Shown: positions 42,446 to 52,065 of the stretch, piece after piece
How positions within the stretch are numbered: the stretch's first letter is position 1
How the letters are laid out: each line of letters opens with the position of its first letter
Origin: Escherichia phage T4
Length of the DNA stretch: 64,000 nucleotides
Sequence record: NC_000866.4
Direction: 5' to 3' (one strand)
Translations under genes and position numbers: made by a program
The notes under the pieces: generated by a model
What the model was told of the DNA's origin: nothing
Database searches by the model: none
Seen by the model: only the letters and a program-made list of their open reading frames with translations

Positions 42446-42916
42446 TTAATCATGTTTCCACACCCCATCGGTATTTGACCAAAGTCGCTGATTATCTGAT
42501 CCTCGCCACAGCTTTTTGGTCGGAAGATTTTTCTCATACTTCCCATCAATAATAACATCAACATATTTAAGCATTTCTAGTTGTTTAATATCTTCAAACT
42601 TATATCCTGTCCACAACCAGATATCTTTCTCCGGAAATCTTGCTTTAACCCAAGAAACTAAATTTGAAATCTCTTCTCGGTTCTGTGGATAAAGTGGGTC
42701 ACCGCCGGTTAAGGTAAGGCCTTGGATATACGATTTGCTTAAATGGGACGCAAGTTCTTTAACGGTATTCATAGTGAATAACTGTCCGTTACGAGCATTC
42801 CAAGTACTACGATTATAACAACCTTCGCATTTATGCAAACATCCAGTGACGAAGAGAACGACCCTACATCCAGGGCCGTTAACGAAATCGCATGGATAAA
42901 TTCTATCATAATTCAT
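42446..42916 (-). CDS. nrdG: anaerobic ribonucleotide reductase activating protein NrdG (radical SAM)
   Basis: ORF MNYDRIYPCDFVNGPGCRVVLFVTGCLHKCEGC... with CxxxCxxC cluster; ATG at 42914-42916 gives 156 aa. Confidence 0.9.
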   Translation of the reverse strand: MNYDRIYPCDFVNGPGCRVVLFVTGCLHKCEGCYNRSTWNARNGQLFTMNTVKELASHLSKSYIQGLTLTGGDPLYPQNREEISNLVSWVKARFPEKDIWLWTGYKFEDIKQLEMLKYVDVIIDGKYEKNLPTKKLWRGSDNQRLWSNTDGVWKHD

Positions 42917-43538
42917 CTTTATATTTCCAAGTATATCCCTTATGAATAGATTGAATTCCTTTGCAACATTTATAAACAGCAGAATGAAAAAATCCTGCAT
43001 TTCTTATTTCAGTTGCTCCAGTTAGTTCTATTGTATTTCCGTCTGGTGAATAGCCAATAACCGTTTTGGTGTTAAAGCGATTTCTAGAACTATTTTTGAT
43101 ATGCTCTTTATGATTAGTAGACAAAGTTCTTCCTGTTAGCCCATCAGATATCCTTTTTCCAAAATCATCAGGAAGAGTTACTTTAGACCTAGCTATGCTC
43201 ATTAGCTTCTTAGTTTTATCGCTTCTTTTTGCGCCACGCTGATTTTCAAATTTCTTAGCTTTTGCATACGCGTATTGTGAAGAAGTAACTTTTCTATGCT
43301 TACTATTACTCATTATCCAATATGCATCATACATCTTTCCACCATATATTTTAGCCAATAAATGGTGAGCAGTATAGTGGGCCTTATAAGTTAAAAATAC
43401 TAAGTTGTCTAAATCATCTGAACCACCCATACTTCTTGGAATTATATGATGAAGTTCATACCCGGCTTTAGTTTGACGGGGCTTAGATGGGTGTTCAGCA
43501 GAATTAACTAGATTTGAATAGATTCTGTCATAATTCAT
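42906..43538 (-). CDS. mobC: HNH homing endonuclease MobC
   Basis: 210-aa ORF with HNH motif (HHIIPRSMGGSDDLDNLVFLTYKAH); paralogous to mobB and mobD. Confidence 0.8.
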   Translation of the reverse strand: MNYDRIYSNLVNSAEHPSKPRQTKAGYELHHIIPRSMGGSDDLDNLVFLTYKAHYTAHHLLAKIYGGKMYDAYWIMSNSKHRKVTSSQYAYAKAKKFENQRGAKRSDKTKKLMSIARSKVTLPDDFGKRISDGLTGRTLSTNHKEHIKNSSRNRFNTKTVIGYSPDGNTIELTGATEIRNAGFFHSAVYKCCKGIQSIHKGYTWKYKDEL

Positions 43539-44809
43539 TGGTGCTTAACCCTATGCATGATTTCTTTATTTTTACCGAGATTAAATCCGCGTTCGTTCGG
43601 ATTTCCCAAATAACCACATGTTCTTCTTATGGTATTCATCTTTTTAGGATCAGTTTCTCCACAAATAGAACAAACAAATCCGTTTTCAGTAGGAGTCATT
43701 TCATGGGTACTTCCACATGTAAAACATTTATCTACTGGCATATTAACACCAAAATAATCTAAATGCTGTGCAGCATAATCCCACACGGCCTCAAGACCTT
43801 TTAAGTTATTTTTCATATCAGGAAGTTCAACATAAGAAATGTGACCACCTGTCGCAATGAAATGATATGGCGCTTCACGAGAAATCTTTTCAAACGGAGT
43901 AATATTTTCTTCTACTGAAACATGGAAACTGTTAGTGTACCAGCCTTTATCGGTAACATCTTTTACGCTTCCATATTTTTCTGTATCGAGTTTACAGAAG
44001 CGATAACACAGGTTTTCAGCAGGAGTCGAATATAAACTAAAAGCAAATCCGGTTCTTTCAGTCCACTGTTTAAGATGAGCATTCATTTTAGTTAAAATTT
44101 CTCGTCCAATATCACGACCGACAAGAATATTCAATTCGTGAATACCAATGTATCCTAAAGACACTGAACTTCTACCGTTTTTAAATAACTCAATTATGTC
44201 GTCATCAGGTTTAAGACGAACCCCGAATGCACCTTCTTGGTAAAGAATAGGAGCAACAGTAGCTTTAACTCCTTTTAAGGAACTAATTCTACACATCAAA
44301 GCTTCAAAACATAAATCCATTCGTTCATTAAATAGCTCAACAAATTTCTGTTCATTGAACTGTGTTCCAATATAAGAATCTAACGCGATGCGAGGAAGAT
44401 TCAGTGTTACAACACCAAGATTATTGCGTCCATCAAGAATTTCATTGCCAGTCGAATCTTTCCATACGCTCAAGAAACTACGGCAACCCATCGGAGAAAC
44501 AGGAACAGATGAACCAGTGATAGCTTTATTGTTCTTAGCTGAAATAATATCAGGATACATCCTTTTGCTTGCGCACTCTAGAGCAAGCTGTTTAATATCA
44601 TAGTTCGGATCGTCTTTATAAAGATTAACACCTTCTTCAACGAACATAACAAGCTTAGGGAAAATAGGAGTTATCCCATCACGACCAAGACCTTTAATAC
44701 GATTTTTCAGAATTGCTTTCTGAATCATTCGTTCAGTCCAGTCAGTTCCCGTACCAAATGTAATTGTTACAAAAGGAGTCTGTCCGTTTGAACTGAATAA
44801 CGTGTTCAC
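43535..44809 (-). CDS. nrdD: anaerobic ribonucleotide reductase NrdD, exon 2 (glycyl-radical C-terminus)
   Basis: 424-aa ORF ending ...RTCGYLGNPNERGFNLGKNKEIMHRVKHQ; ORF-track start is GTG, the true exon boundary lies upstream within 44810-44851. Confidence 0.9.
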   Translation of the reverse strand: MNTLFSSNGQTPFVTITFGTGTDWTERMIQKAILKNRIKGLGRDGITPIFPKLVMFVEEGVNLYKDDPNYDIKQLALECASKRMYPDIISAKNNKAITGSSVPVSPMGCRSFLSVWKDSTGNEILDGRNNLGVVTLNLPRIALDSYIGTQFNEQKFVELFNERMDLCFEALMCRISSLKGVKATVAPILYQEGAFGVRLKPDDDIIELFKNGRSSVSLGYIGIHELNILVGRDIGREILTKMNAHLKQWTERTGFAFSLYSTPAENLCYRFCKLDTEKYGSVKDVTDKGWYTNSFHVSVEENITPFEKISREAPYHFIATGGHISYVELPDMKNNLKGLEAVWDYAAQHLDYFGVNMPVDKCFTCGSTHEMTPTENGFVCSICGETDPKKMNTIRRTCGYLGNPNERGFNLGKNKEIMHRVKHQ

Positions 44810-45845
44810 TTCATCAATGTGTTCAGTAGAGTTCGCTACTTCTCTACCCGTTTATATGAAACAATGTAATTTGGATAATTGTCATCTAAACACAAATCTT
44901 TAATACGACTTGGGTGGAGTTTTAAATCTTTAGCAGCATCCACAAATGATTTATAGATATTGTCATTTATTTTAACATATTCTGGGACGGGATGAATTGT
45001 TATTTTTATATCTATAACATTTGGATGATTACTAACCTGTTCTTCAGAGCATTTAAGAAATTTTGCAGCTGATTTAAAACTTCTAAATTTATTTCCGGAT
45101 TTTAAAGCTATAGAAACAGTCTTTTTAGCCGTTCTACTACCAATATTATTTTTAACATGAGCTTCACTTCTACTATTATTTTTATAATGCTCAATCAATT
45201 TCTCTCGTATCTTATCTTTATGTTTTAAAGATAAGATTTTACCTTTATGGGCATTACTAAGTTTTTGCTTATGTTCTTCTGAATCCGGATATTTGTTAAA
45301 TTTATATCCACCTATAGATTTATTAAGAATAAATTCGTTATTAAAATATTTCCTAATAAGCATTTCTTCATGTTTAAGGGCCGATTCATAAGAATCAAAA
45401 ACTTGAAGAATTATCCACTTAGCTTTATAATCTTTAAGCTTTTCTTTAACAAGCTTAGATGACGAATTGTATTCTTTCCAATTTGTATCTTTACCATATA
45501 TAGTTTTGAATTTTTTAAAACCTATATAAAAAGACTTATCAGGAAATCTTACCATATAGGTAAATGCTACAGAATTGGCAATTTTTAAGCTTTTTCTTAA
45601 TTTCCATTTCATCGTTTCACCTCGTATTCATATTTATACGAGGATAAACAGCTGCATGTCACCATGCAGTTCAGACTATATCTTCAACTCTTAGAGTTGT
45701 CTGCCGTTTCGGGTCGCTTGACCCTACTCCCTTACATTCATCAGGGATAGTCGTTGGGCATTTACAGCTACTGCTGATTTAGCAACGGATTGTCTCAGTG
45801 AGAGTTTCCCGTTTTAGGCAGATTTTACATGAGCTTGACTTACGT
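44810..45845 (-). ncRNA. group I self-splicing intron in nrdD, carrying the I-TevII ORF
   Basis: About 1 kb between the two nrdD exons; minus strand contains the conserved group I element AAGAUAUAGUC (about 45700-45725) and an intron-encoded GIY-YIG ORF. Confidence 0.8.
44836..45612 (-). CDS. intron-encoded GIY-YIG homing endonuclease I-TevII
   Basis: 258-aa ORF MKWKLRKSLKIANSVAFTYMVRFPDKSFYIGFKKF... with GIY-YIG motif. Confidence 0.88.
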   Translation of the reverse strand: MKWKLRKSLKIANSVAFTYMVRFPDKSFYIGFKKFKTIYGKDTNWKEYNSSSKLVKEKLKDYKAKWIILQVFDSYESALKHEEMLIRKYFNNEFILNKSIGGYKFNKYPDSEEHKQKLSNAHKGKILSLKHKDKIREKLIEHYKNNSRSEAHVKNNIGSRTAKKTVSIALKSGNKFRSFKSAAKFLKCSEEQVSNHPNVIDIKITIHPVPEYVKINDNIYKSFVDAAKDLKLHPSRIKDLCLDDNYPNYIVSYKRVEK

Positions 45846-46385
45846 TAACTCATAAGCTTGGAATGCATCGTATACGTCTTTTTCTGTTTTAGATTGAGCA
45901 TAATTCAACGCATCAGCGATTTGCCATTTTTCTGCATCCTCAATATGTTTTGCATAGGTGCGTTTAACATAAGGAGAAAGTACTTTATCTACATTCGCAA
46001 AAGTCGTTCCGCCGTATTGGTGAGAAGCAACTTGCGCAGTAATTTGTGCCATAATTGCAGTAGCAACTCCAATTGATTTAGGAGTTTCAATCTGCGCATT
46101 ACCAAGCTTAAATCCGTTTTCAAGCATTCCTTTTAAATCTACTAAACAGCAATTAGTAAATGGAAGAGCAGGGGAATAATCAATATCATGCACGTGAATA
46201 ATTCCGCTTTCATGCGCTTTCATAATAAAAGACGGGACCATATTTTTGGCAATGTGTTTAGACACAATACCAGCCATAAGGTCCCGTTGAGTTGGAAAAA
46301 CACGAGAATCTTTATTAGCATTCTCGTTTAAAAGGTCTTTATTAGTTTTATGAATTAATCCTTCAATTTCTTTTTCAATTGTCAT
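45840..46385 (-). CDS. nrdD: anaerobic ribonucleotide reductase NrdD, exon 1
   Basis: 181-aa ORF with NrdD N-terminus; the ORF reads a few codons into the intron before the stop. Confidence 0.88.
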   Translation of the reverse strand: MTIEKEIEGLIHKTNKDLLNENANKDSRVFPTQRDLMAGIVSKHIAKNMVPSFIMKAHESGIIHVHDIDYSPALPFTNCCLVDLKGMLENGFKLGNAQIETPKSIGVATAIMAQITAQVASHQYGGTTFANVDKVLSPYVKRTYAKHIEDAEKWQIADALNYAQSKTEKDVYDAFQAYELT

Positions 46386-46855
46386 TTTAAACTCTTTCTA
46401 AGCTGCTTCTTGAATGAAGCTATTAATTGTGTTTTGGTGTCAGATTCATTATATTCAAATCCTCTTTGAAGCATCTCGGCCATCATTTCCTCTTTTCCTA
46501 AACGAGAAAATTCCTTTGATTTATCTCCAACAAAGTTAGGGTGAATATTATTTTGGGTGTAATCGGATTTTAAATAAGTAAGTAAATTTTCTAACCATTC
46601 AAGATAATCAACACCTTGTCCCTTTAAGCCAGAACGATTAAATTTATGCTTCATTTGACCTTCTGCAGCATTGCATAGATTACAAAGCAATCCACGCACC
46701 TTTCCTGCTTTTGGTCCATTTAATTCATGGTCATGGTCGAGGTGATTAGCTTGAACATCAGGATTTAGTTCTCGTTGGCAAATTAAGCATTTACCGTTTT
46801 GTGCATCATAAAATTTCTGTTTTTCTTCTTTGTATAATTTGCCAGTCAATAACAT
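46382..46855 (-). CDS. 49: endonuclease VII (Holliday junction resolvase) gp49
   Basis: 157-aa ORF with zinc-binding CxxC...CxxC and HNH-like region. Confidence 0.92.
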   Translation of the reverse strand: MLLTGKLYKEEKQKFYDAQNGKCLICQRELNPDVQANHLDHDHELNGPKAGKVRGLLCNLCNAAEGQMKHKFNRSGLKGQGVDYLEWLENLLTYLKSDYTQNNIHPNFVGDKSKEFSRLGKEEMMAEMLQRGFEYNESDTKTQLIASFKKQLRKSLK

Positions 46856-46896
46856 AATAAACCCTTACCTTAAATAGATAAGGGTATTTATTATTT

Positions 46897-47382
46897 TCAA
46901 GTATTGTAAAACATTTGATGCAATCGCTTATATTGCTGAATCATTCGGTCAGAAAAAGAAATTTGAGTTTCAAGCCATTCAATGTACTCTGCGGCAGCTT
47001 GCATTAAATTTCCTTCATAGCCATCGTTATTTTCTTGTGCAGCTAATTTAGCTAATGCGTATGAAATACGTTCACCTTGAAAATCGGCTTTAGGCTTCTG
47101 AACAACTTGATTAGTTCGCTCTACAACTTCTTCAATTTCGCCATTTTCTACTGATTCAGTATTCCACAAACACCAATACGTAATTGGCTTATCGTAGATG
47201 TTAATAATCTTTCCATCAGAAAGTTCAATTTCAATAATTCCAGTGTCAGGCTCTATATCATCTTCACATTCTTTTACAAGTTCACGAACTTTAAAGACAG
47301 TACCTGCACTAAGTTCCGGCCAGTAATTACACAGCCCTGTATCAGCACGATTAATTCTAAACCATTTATCTACTGTAATCAT
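46897..47382 (-). CDS. pin: 161-aa protein, probably protease inhibitor Pin
   Basis: ORF MITVDKWFRINRADTGL...; ATG at 47380-47382 gives 161 aa; synteny. Confidence 0.65.
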   Translation of the reverse strand: MITVDKWFRINRADTGLCNYWPELSAGTVFKVRELVKECEDDIEPDTGIIEIELSDGKIINIYDKPITYWCLWNTESVENGEIEEVVERTNQVVQKPKADFQGERISYALAKLAAQENNDGYEGNLMQAAAEYIEWLETQISFSDRMIQQYKRLHQMFYNT

Positions 47383-47505
47383 GTCCCATCTCCATATCAA
47401 TTAAGTCATTTATCGTTGGTTCATTATACACCGTTTCTTCATCAGTGTAAACCGGTTCTTCCGGCTCTGGCTCTACAGTTTCCCATCTAGCCGCCCACCA
47501 AGGTT

Positions 47506-47826
47506 TTATAGCGTAATCCATTCTCGTACTGTCTGAGTTACTACACGTTCTCGAAGCTCAACCAGTTCAACAGTAGGAACTGCATAATACCAGTCAGAAT
47601 GGTAAGAACCTGAGCGAGATTCATTTACAGCCACATGTACATTATGTTTTGGACTAAAATAAACACACTGACGATATTGGCATTTACCATCTTGCACCCA
47701 GTCTTCTATTTCGATAGGTTTAAGATAGTCGGAAAAATCGAAATCATAGTTTTCCGAAAATGCATCATGGTCTTCAATGATTTCGCTCAGAACTGCATCA
47801 ACATCTAATTTATTTTCAATATTCAT
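47506..47826 (-). CDS. hypothetical protein
   Basis: 106-aa ORF. Confidence 0.55.
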   Translation of the reverse strand: MNIENKLDVDAVLSEIIEDHDAFSENYDFDFSDYLKPIEIEDWVQDGKCQYRQCVYFSPKHNVHVAVNESRSGSYHSDWYYAVPTVELVELRERVVTQTVREWITL

Positions 47827-48131
47827 TTTTCACACCACCAACTGCTTACTTCAAAATCGGGTTCGCCATGTTCCCAGAACCAGGGGCCGATAGGAATCCA
47901 CTTACCTTCATCGGTGACGTCATATTCTTCGGATTTAAGCCCAACGTATCGCCATTCGACTTCATAAGCGGTACCACCGATTACAACTGTGTTCTCGCCA
48001 TACGGGTTAGACACAACAAAGTCTATACCTTCTGCTTTAGCTAACCAAATCATGTATTCATAGAGTTTATATTCCAGGTCGCCTTCTGTTCCATCGCCTA
48101 GAAAAATAATTTGTTCATTTAATTCTATCAT
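47823..48131 (-). CDS. hypothetical protein
   Basis: 102-aa ORF. Confidence 0.55.
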   Translation of the reverse strand: MIELNEQIIFLGDGTEGDLEYKLYEYMIWLAKAEGIDFVVSNPYGENTVVIGGTAYEVEWRYVGLKSEEYDVTDEGKWIPIGPWFWEHGEPDFEVSSWWCEK

Positions 48132-48391
48132 TTAAAGTATTCCCGCAATTGGTCAAATCCACCAATATGACTTCCATCAGGAGCAAATACCTGAGGCATT
48201 GTTAAGCCGATTTGAGTATCACGACCTAGTTTAGTCAGAAGCTCAGCAATTTTCTCATCATCAAAAACACCTTTTTCCGGCATAATGTTGATAAATTCAA
48301 ACGGCTGTTTCTTCACAGTCAAAAGACGTTTTGCATTATCGCAATACACACATTTATGAATGTTGCTATCATAACCATATACTTTAAACAT
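48128..48391 (-). CDS. nrdC: thioredoxin/glutaredoxin NrdC
   Basis: 87-aa ORF MFKVYGYDSNIHKCVYCDNAKRLL... with CVYC active site. Confidence 0.9.
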   Translation of the reverse strand: MFKVYGYDSNIHKCVYCDNAKRLLTVKKQPFEFINIMPEKGVFDDEKIAELLTKLGRDTQIGLTMPQVFAPDGSHIGGFDQLREYFK

Positions 48392-48392
48392 A

Positions 48393-48617
48393 TTATTCCT
48401 TAATTCCTAGTACTTGTTTAAAAGTCTCGTCGTAATCAAGACTTTGGCCCGTTTGTTCTTTATGCTTGTATATAATATCACTTACTTCTGATAGCATATT
48501 TTTATATGAACGAGTTAAAGCAGATTTAAGCACGCTGTATCTATCAGGAAATTTACCGTGTTCATTATAATAAGCTATTGCTAATTCACGGACTGCCTTT
48601 TCAGCAGTCTCCATATA
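48393..48617 (-). CDS. hypothetical protein
   Basis: The 48393..48776 ORF overlaps the next gene; an internal ATG near 48617 removes the overlap. Confidence 0.45.
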
Positions 48618-48621
48618 TTCT

Positions 48622-48936
48622 TTACGCTTTGTCATTTTCTTCTCGGTCAAATCGGTGTTTACAATGGCGACATTTATAACGAAGATTATTAGTCTGCCAA
48701 TGGACCAATTGCACCTGTTCAGTTCCACATTCAGGGCAATTAGGAACGTTTTTAGAAGCCCTTTCGCGACGTTCAACCATGACCATTACAGAATCCCAAT
48801 TAACAGGAGGGCTATAATCATCACAACCATAAATCTTTCCACGCATTTCCAGATCGTCTTCTTCACCAGCCATAATAATTTTAATTAGACTAGAATTACT
48901 TGAAGCTGCAATGTCTTCTAATAGACGCTTTTTCAT
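48622..48936 (-). CDS. hypothetical zinc-ribbon protein
   Basis: 104-aa ORF with CPECG...CRHCKH. Confidence 0.55.
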
Positions 48937-49859
48937 TTCAATACCTCAATAGCATTACGTAAACCATTTGCTTTGGCGGTTAAATCCTTAAGAACTTTAG
49001 TATGCTCTTCAATCTGTTTTTCAACTTCAATCAAACGGGTACTGAGATATTCGCGTTCTTCTTTCATAGTATCATTCCCATGATTGGGCTTTGGCGTAGG
49101 TTTAAATTTATTAGGGTCCTTTAACTTAATAACAACTTTAGTTTCAAACAGTGAAAGACCATAATTCGTATTATCATCAAAGGATTCAACTACGTCCATT
49201 TTAGACAATAACGTACGAAGTTTATAAGTCAAAGAACGAATCGTTTTATTATGTTTATTAGCTTCACATGGTTTCATATATGGAAGATTTTTATATATTT
49301 CATGCGGAGCACAAACAATAATTAACAATTCAAATGGTCCATTCTGAGATGATGGAATGAATTTAGCCGTAACCCAATCTTTTACATTTACATTAATAGT
49401 ACGATCATCGCCATGACAAAACAGTCTACGAGAATGCTTAAAAAGCATATTCACATTATTATTAAATTCGTGTGAAAACTCACTGGCAAATTTTTCTTTA
49501 CTATCTTTAGAAAACCATTCTTCTAAATAAGTTCTTTTCACGTCGTTAATAATATTAAATGTAACAACATTATCATTTGATACATTAGTCTCAATGTAGC
49601 TTGGATACATAAATTTTTTAACATTATTAACAGCTATCACAGAAGATAGTAATCGGGAACGTTTGAACCACTCGAGCAAAGAACCAAGAGAATGTGAATA
49701 CGCATTTTGTGTATCTTTACAAATATGGTTTTCCCATCCAATATAGTCTAAAAAATCACGAAGAATATTATTGATTACTTCTCTATGTCCTTTCTGATAA
49801 TCACGATGTTTAGTAATAAGACTGTCAAAATAATCAATATAATGTTTACGAGTTTTCAT
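48933..49859 (-). CDS. hypothetical protein, paralog family with coiled-coil C-terminus
   Basis: 308-aa ORF starting MKTRKHYIDYF..., coiled-coil C-terminus. Confidence 0.6.
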   Translation of the reverse strand: MKTRKHYIDYFDSLITKHRDYQKGHREVINNILRDFLDYIGWENHICKDTQNAYSHSLGSLLEWFKRSRLLSSVIAVNNVKKFMYPSYIETNVSNDNVVTFNIINDVKRTYLEEWFSKDSKEKFASEFSHEFNNNVNMLFKHSRRLFCHGDDRTINVNVKDWVTAKFIPSSQNGPFELLIIVCAPHEIYKNLPYMKPCEANKHNKTIRSLTYKLRTLLSKMDVVESFDDNTNYGLSLFETKVVIKLKDPNKFKPTPKPNHGNDTMKEEREYLSTRLIEVEKQIEEHTKVLKDLTAKANGLRNAIEVLK

Positions 49860-49913
49860 GTTCTTCTCACTTGGTTAATGATTTATACTCCGAGCCATCC
49901 TTGGCTTTAAATT

Positions 49914-50915
49914 TTACTTAATTAACTGCAAAGCTTGTTCTAGACGATCAAGACGATTAACGGATTCTTCCCAAATCTTTTTAGCCTGCTCATATTCTTT
50001 CTGCGCTTTATTAGAAATTTCTAGAACTTCTTTATAAGCTTTTTCTAGTGCAATAACTTCTGGACGAATTTCTATCGGTTCAGGTGAATCATCAAGACAT
50101 TCCATTAGTTCCTCAAGGGTAGTTTCTTCTTTAGGAGTATTCACAATTTCATCACATTTTTGTTGGTAAATTTCTTTACTAGTAGGTGAATAAGCACATT
50201 TCACTTCACGAAGGCTAATTACGAGTTTATATCCTTCCCAACCGCATATATTCTTAAAAGGATATGTATGAATATTTTCTACTGTTTCCATACAAAGTAA
50301 TGCGGTCTCTAATTGACGAGTTATAGTGCTAGCAATTGAGAAAAATTTATTAATATTCTTTTGGTTAGTTTCTGGTGTAAAAAATCCATAATTCACAAAA
50401 ATAGATACTTTATTTTTATCAAGTTCATATTCTTTTATGATAATCATATCAGAAGCCAAAGGATGAATTTGACGATAATCGCCATAACATAATTTAGAAG
50501 CTGATTTTAGAATTTGCTTCTTGAAAAGTCTGAAATTACTAATCCAACGACGAGTAAAAATATTCTCAGGGTCTTCTTTATTATTGAGATGATAAGAATT
50601 AACATCACCGAACCAATTATATCCTACTACATCTTTAGTTCGTTTAATTTCTTTCCCAAAATTACCAAGAATATCCCGATTAACCAAATATGAAAGAAGA
50701 CGAGACTCTTTAAAGGTTTTCTTGATAACATCTTTATCTACACGGCTAGAAATTTTACGAATTTCATGAATAAATTTAGTAGAAGAAACAATACTTGCAT
50801 CAACACTATTGAGCCACTGATTGATAATAGAAAGAACGCTATTTTGGCCAAACATCGGTATAGCTTTATCATCAATAACGCTATTGAATGATTTGATATA
50901 TTCGTTACGAGTCAT
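49914..50915 (-). CDS. hypothetical protein, paralog family with coiled-coil C-terminus
   Basis: ORF MTRNEYIKSF... (ATG at 50913-50915 behind a strong SD GAGGAG). Confidence 0.6.
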   Translation of the reverse strand: MTRNEYIKSFNSVIDDKAIPMFGQNSVLSIINQWLNSVDASIVSSTKFIHEIRKISSRVDKDVIKKTFKESRLLSYLVNRDILGNFGKEIKRTKDVVGYNWFGDVNSYHLNNKEDPENIFTRRWISNFRLFKKQILKSASKLCYGDYRQIHPLASDMIIIKEYELDKNKVSIFVNYGFFTPETNQKNINKFFSIASTITRQLETALLCMETVENIHTYPFKNICGWEGYKLVISLREVKCAYSPTSKEIYQQKCDEIVNTPKEETTLEELMECLDDSPEPIEIRPEVIALEKAYKEVLEISNKAQKEYEQAKKIWEESVNRLDRLEQALQLIK

Positions 50916-50943
50916 ATTAATCTCCTCAGTAGAAAGTAAGAAC

Positions 50944-50973
50944 ATTATACCACATCCTTGTGGCAAAGTAAAC
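50944..50973 (-). promoter_or_regulatory. early sigma70-type promoter
   Basis: Minus strand GTTTACtttgccacaaggatgtgGTATAAT. Confidence 0.6.
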
Positions 50974-51995
50974 TAGTTCAGTGCATTTAGTGCATTGTTC
51001 AGTTTAGAACGTTGCTTTGTCAGATTTTGAACCCTTGACTGAGCTTGTTCTAACGCCTTTTCAGCTTCTAGCACTTCATTGGTCGCTTTAACTAATTCAG
51101 CATCTACTGCCTTAAGAGACTTCTCAATCGCATCCGCGTGCCATTTTTCAACAGGTTTAAGACTTGGATTTTCAACAGGAAGAAAATTCACTTTATTGAA
51201 TTTCCATGCATCTTTATTACCTGAGCTATACATCCAAAATTTAGGATCGTTTGATAAGTAATTAGATAAATTTAAGTTATCTTGCACTTCTTGCTTTTTC
51301 TCTTGTGTGACTTCGTCCTTTCTCAAAAATTCATATTTAAATGAAACGATCATATCAAGTTCATATGATGTTGTATCTAACTTAAATCGTTCAAAACGAG
51401 GTAAAATCTTAGATTGAACAGCAGCAACAACATCCATATACTTAAATGCTTCTGTCAACTGCGATTTAAGGCATTCGCAAATTGAAAGAGAATTTTTTGT
51501 ATTAGGTTTAAAGCTAATTCGTGCAGTTCTATTATTTTCTTTTAACGGTCTTACTTCCATCTGAAGAGTATAACCATCAAATTTCAGATTCTTTAAGTTA
51601 ATGTCAGAGCCTTTTAATCGACTAGCAGTAGACAAAATTTGCTTTAATTGTCTACGGAACAGAGCAATAAATCTCCATTCAATACGATAATGATTTGGAT
51701 TGAAAAATCCAGATGATAAATCGACCTTACTTTGACCAACGCCTTGAACAAATAGAGGATTTTTATAATCAATAGTTTTACAGAAATCGGTGAGCTGTTC
51801 ACGAGCAGTCATTTGAGTAATATACCCTGCTTTACTAAAATTACGCACCCATTCACTGCTATTCGTATACTTAAAGTGATGAATAACACGATTAACTTTA
51901 TCAGGGTCTAAATTATTTTCACACAAAAATGTCATAACATCACGAGTATAGCTGGCATTACGAACCATATCTTCAATTTGAGAACGAGTTTTCAT
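50973..51995 (-). CDS. hypothetical protein, paralog family with coiled-coil C-terminus
   Basis: 340-aa ORF starting MKTRSQIEDM..., coiled-coil C-terminus. Confidence 0.6.
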   Translation of the reverse strand: MKTRSQIEDMVRNASYTRDVMTFLCENNLDPDKVNRVIHHFKYTNSSEWVRNFSKAGYITQMTAREQLTDFCKTIDYKNPLFVQGVGQSKVDLSSGFFNPNHYRIEWRFIALFRRQLKQILSTASRLKGSDINLKNLKFDGYTLQMEVRPLKENNRTARISFKPNTKNSLSICECLKSQLTEAFKYMDVVAAVQSKILPRFERFKLDTTSYELDMIVSFKYEFLRKDEVTQEKKQEVQDNLNLSNYLSNDPKFWMYSSGNKDAWKFNKVNFLPVENPSLKPVEKWHADAIEKSLKAVDAELVKATNEVLEAEKALEQAQSRVQNLTKQRSKLNNALNALN

Positions 51996-52065
51996 GGTGT
52001 TCCTTAAGATTTAAGTAAATCAACAATTTTAATTAACTTTTCACGCTCAGATTTAGCTTTACTAC

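Noticed and set aside
42370-42564. 64-aa minus-strand ORF overlapping the nrdG 3' region
   Set aside because: Out of frame with, and nested in, the radical-SAM nrdG ORF.
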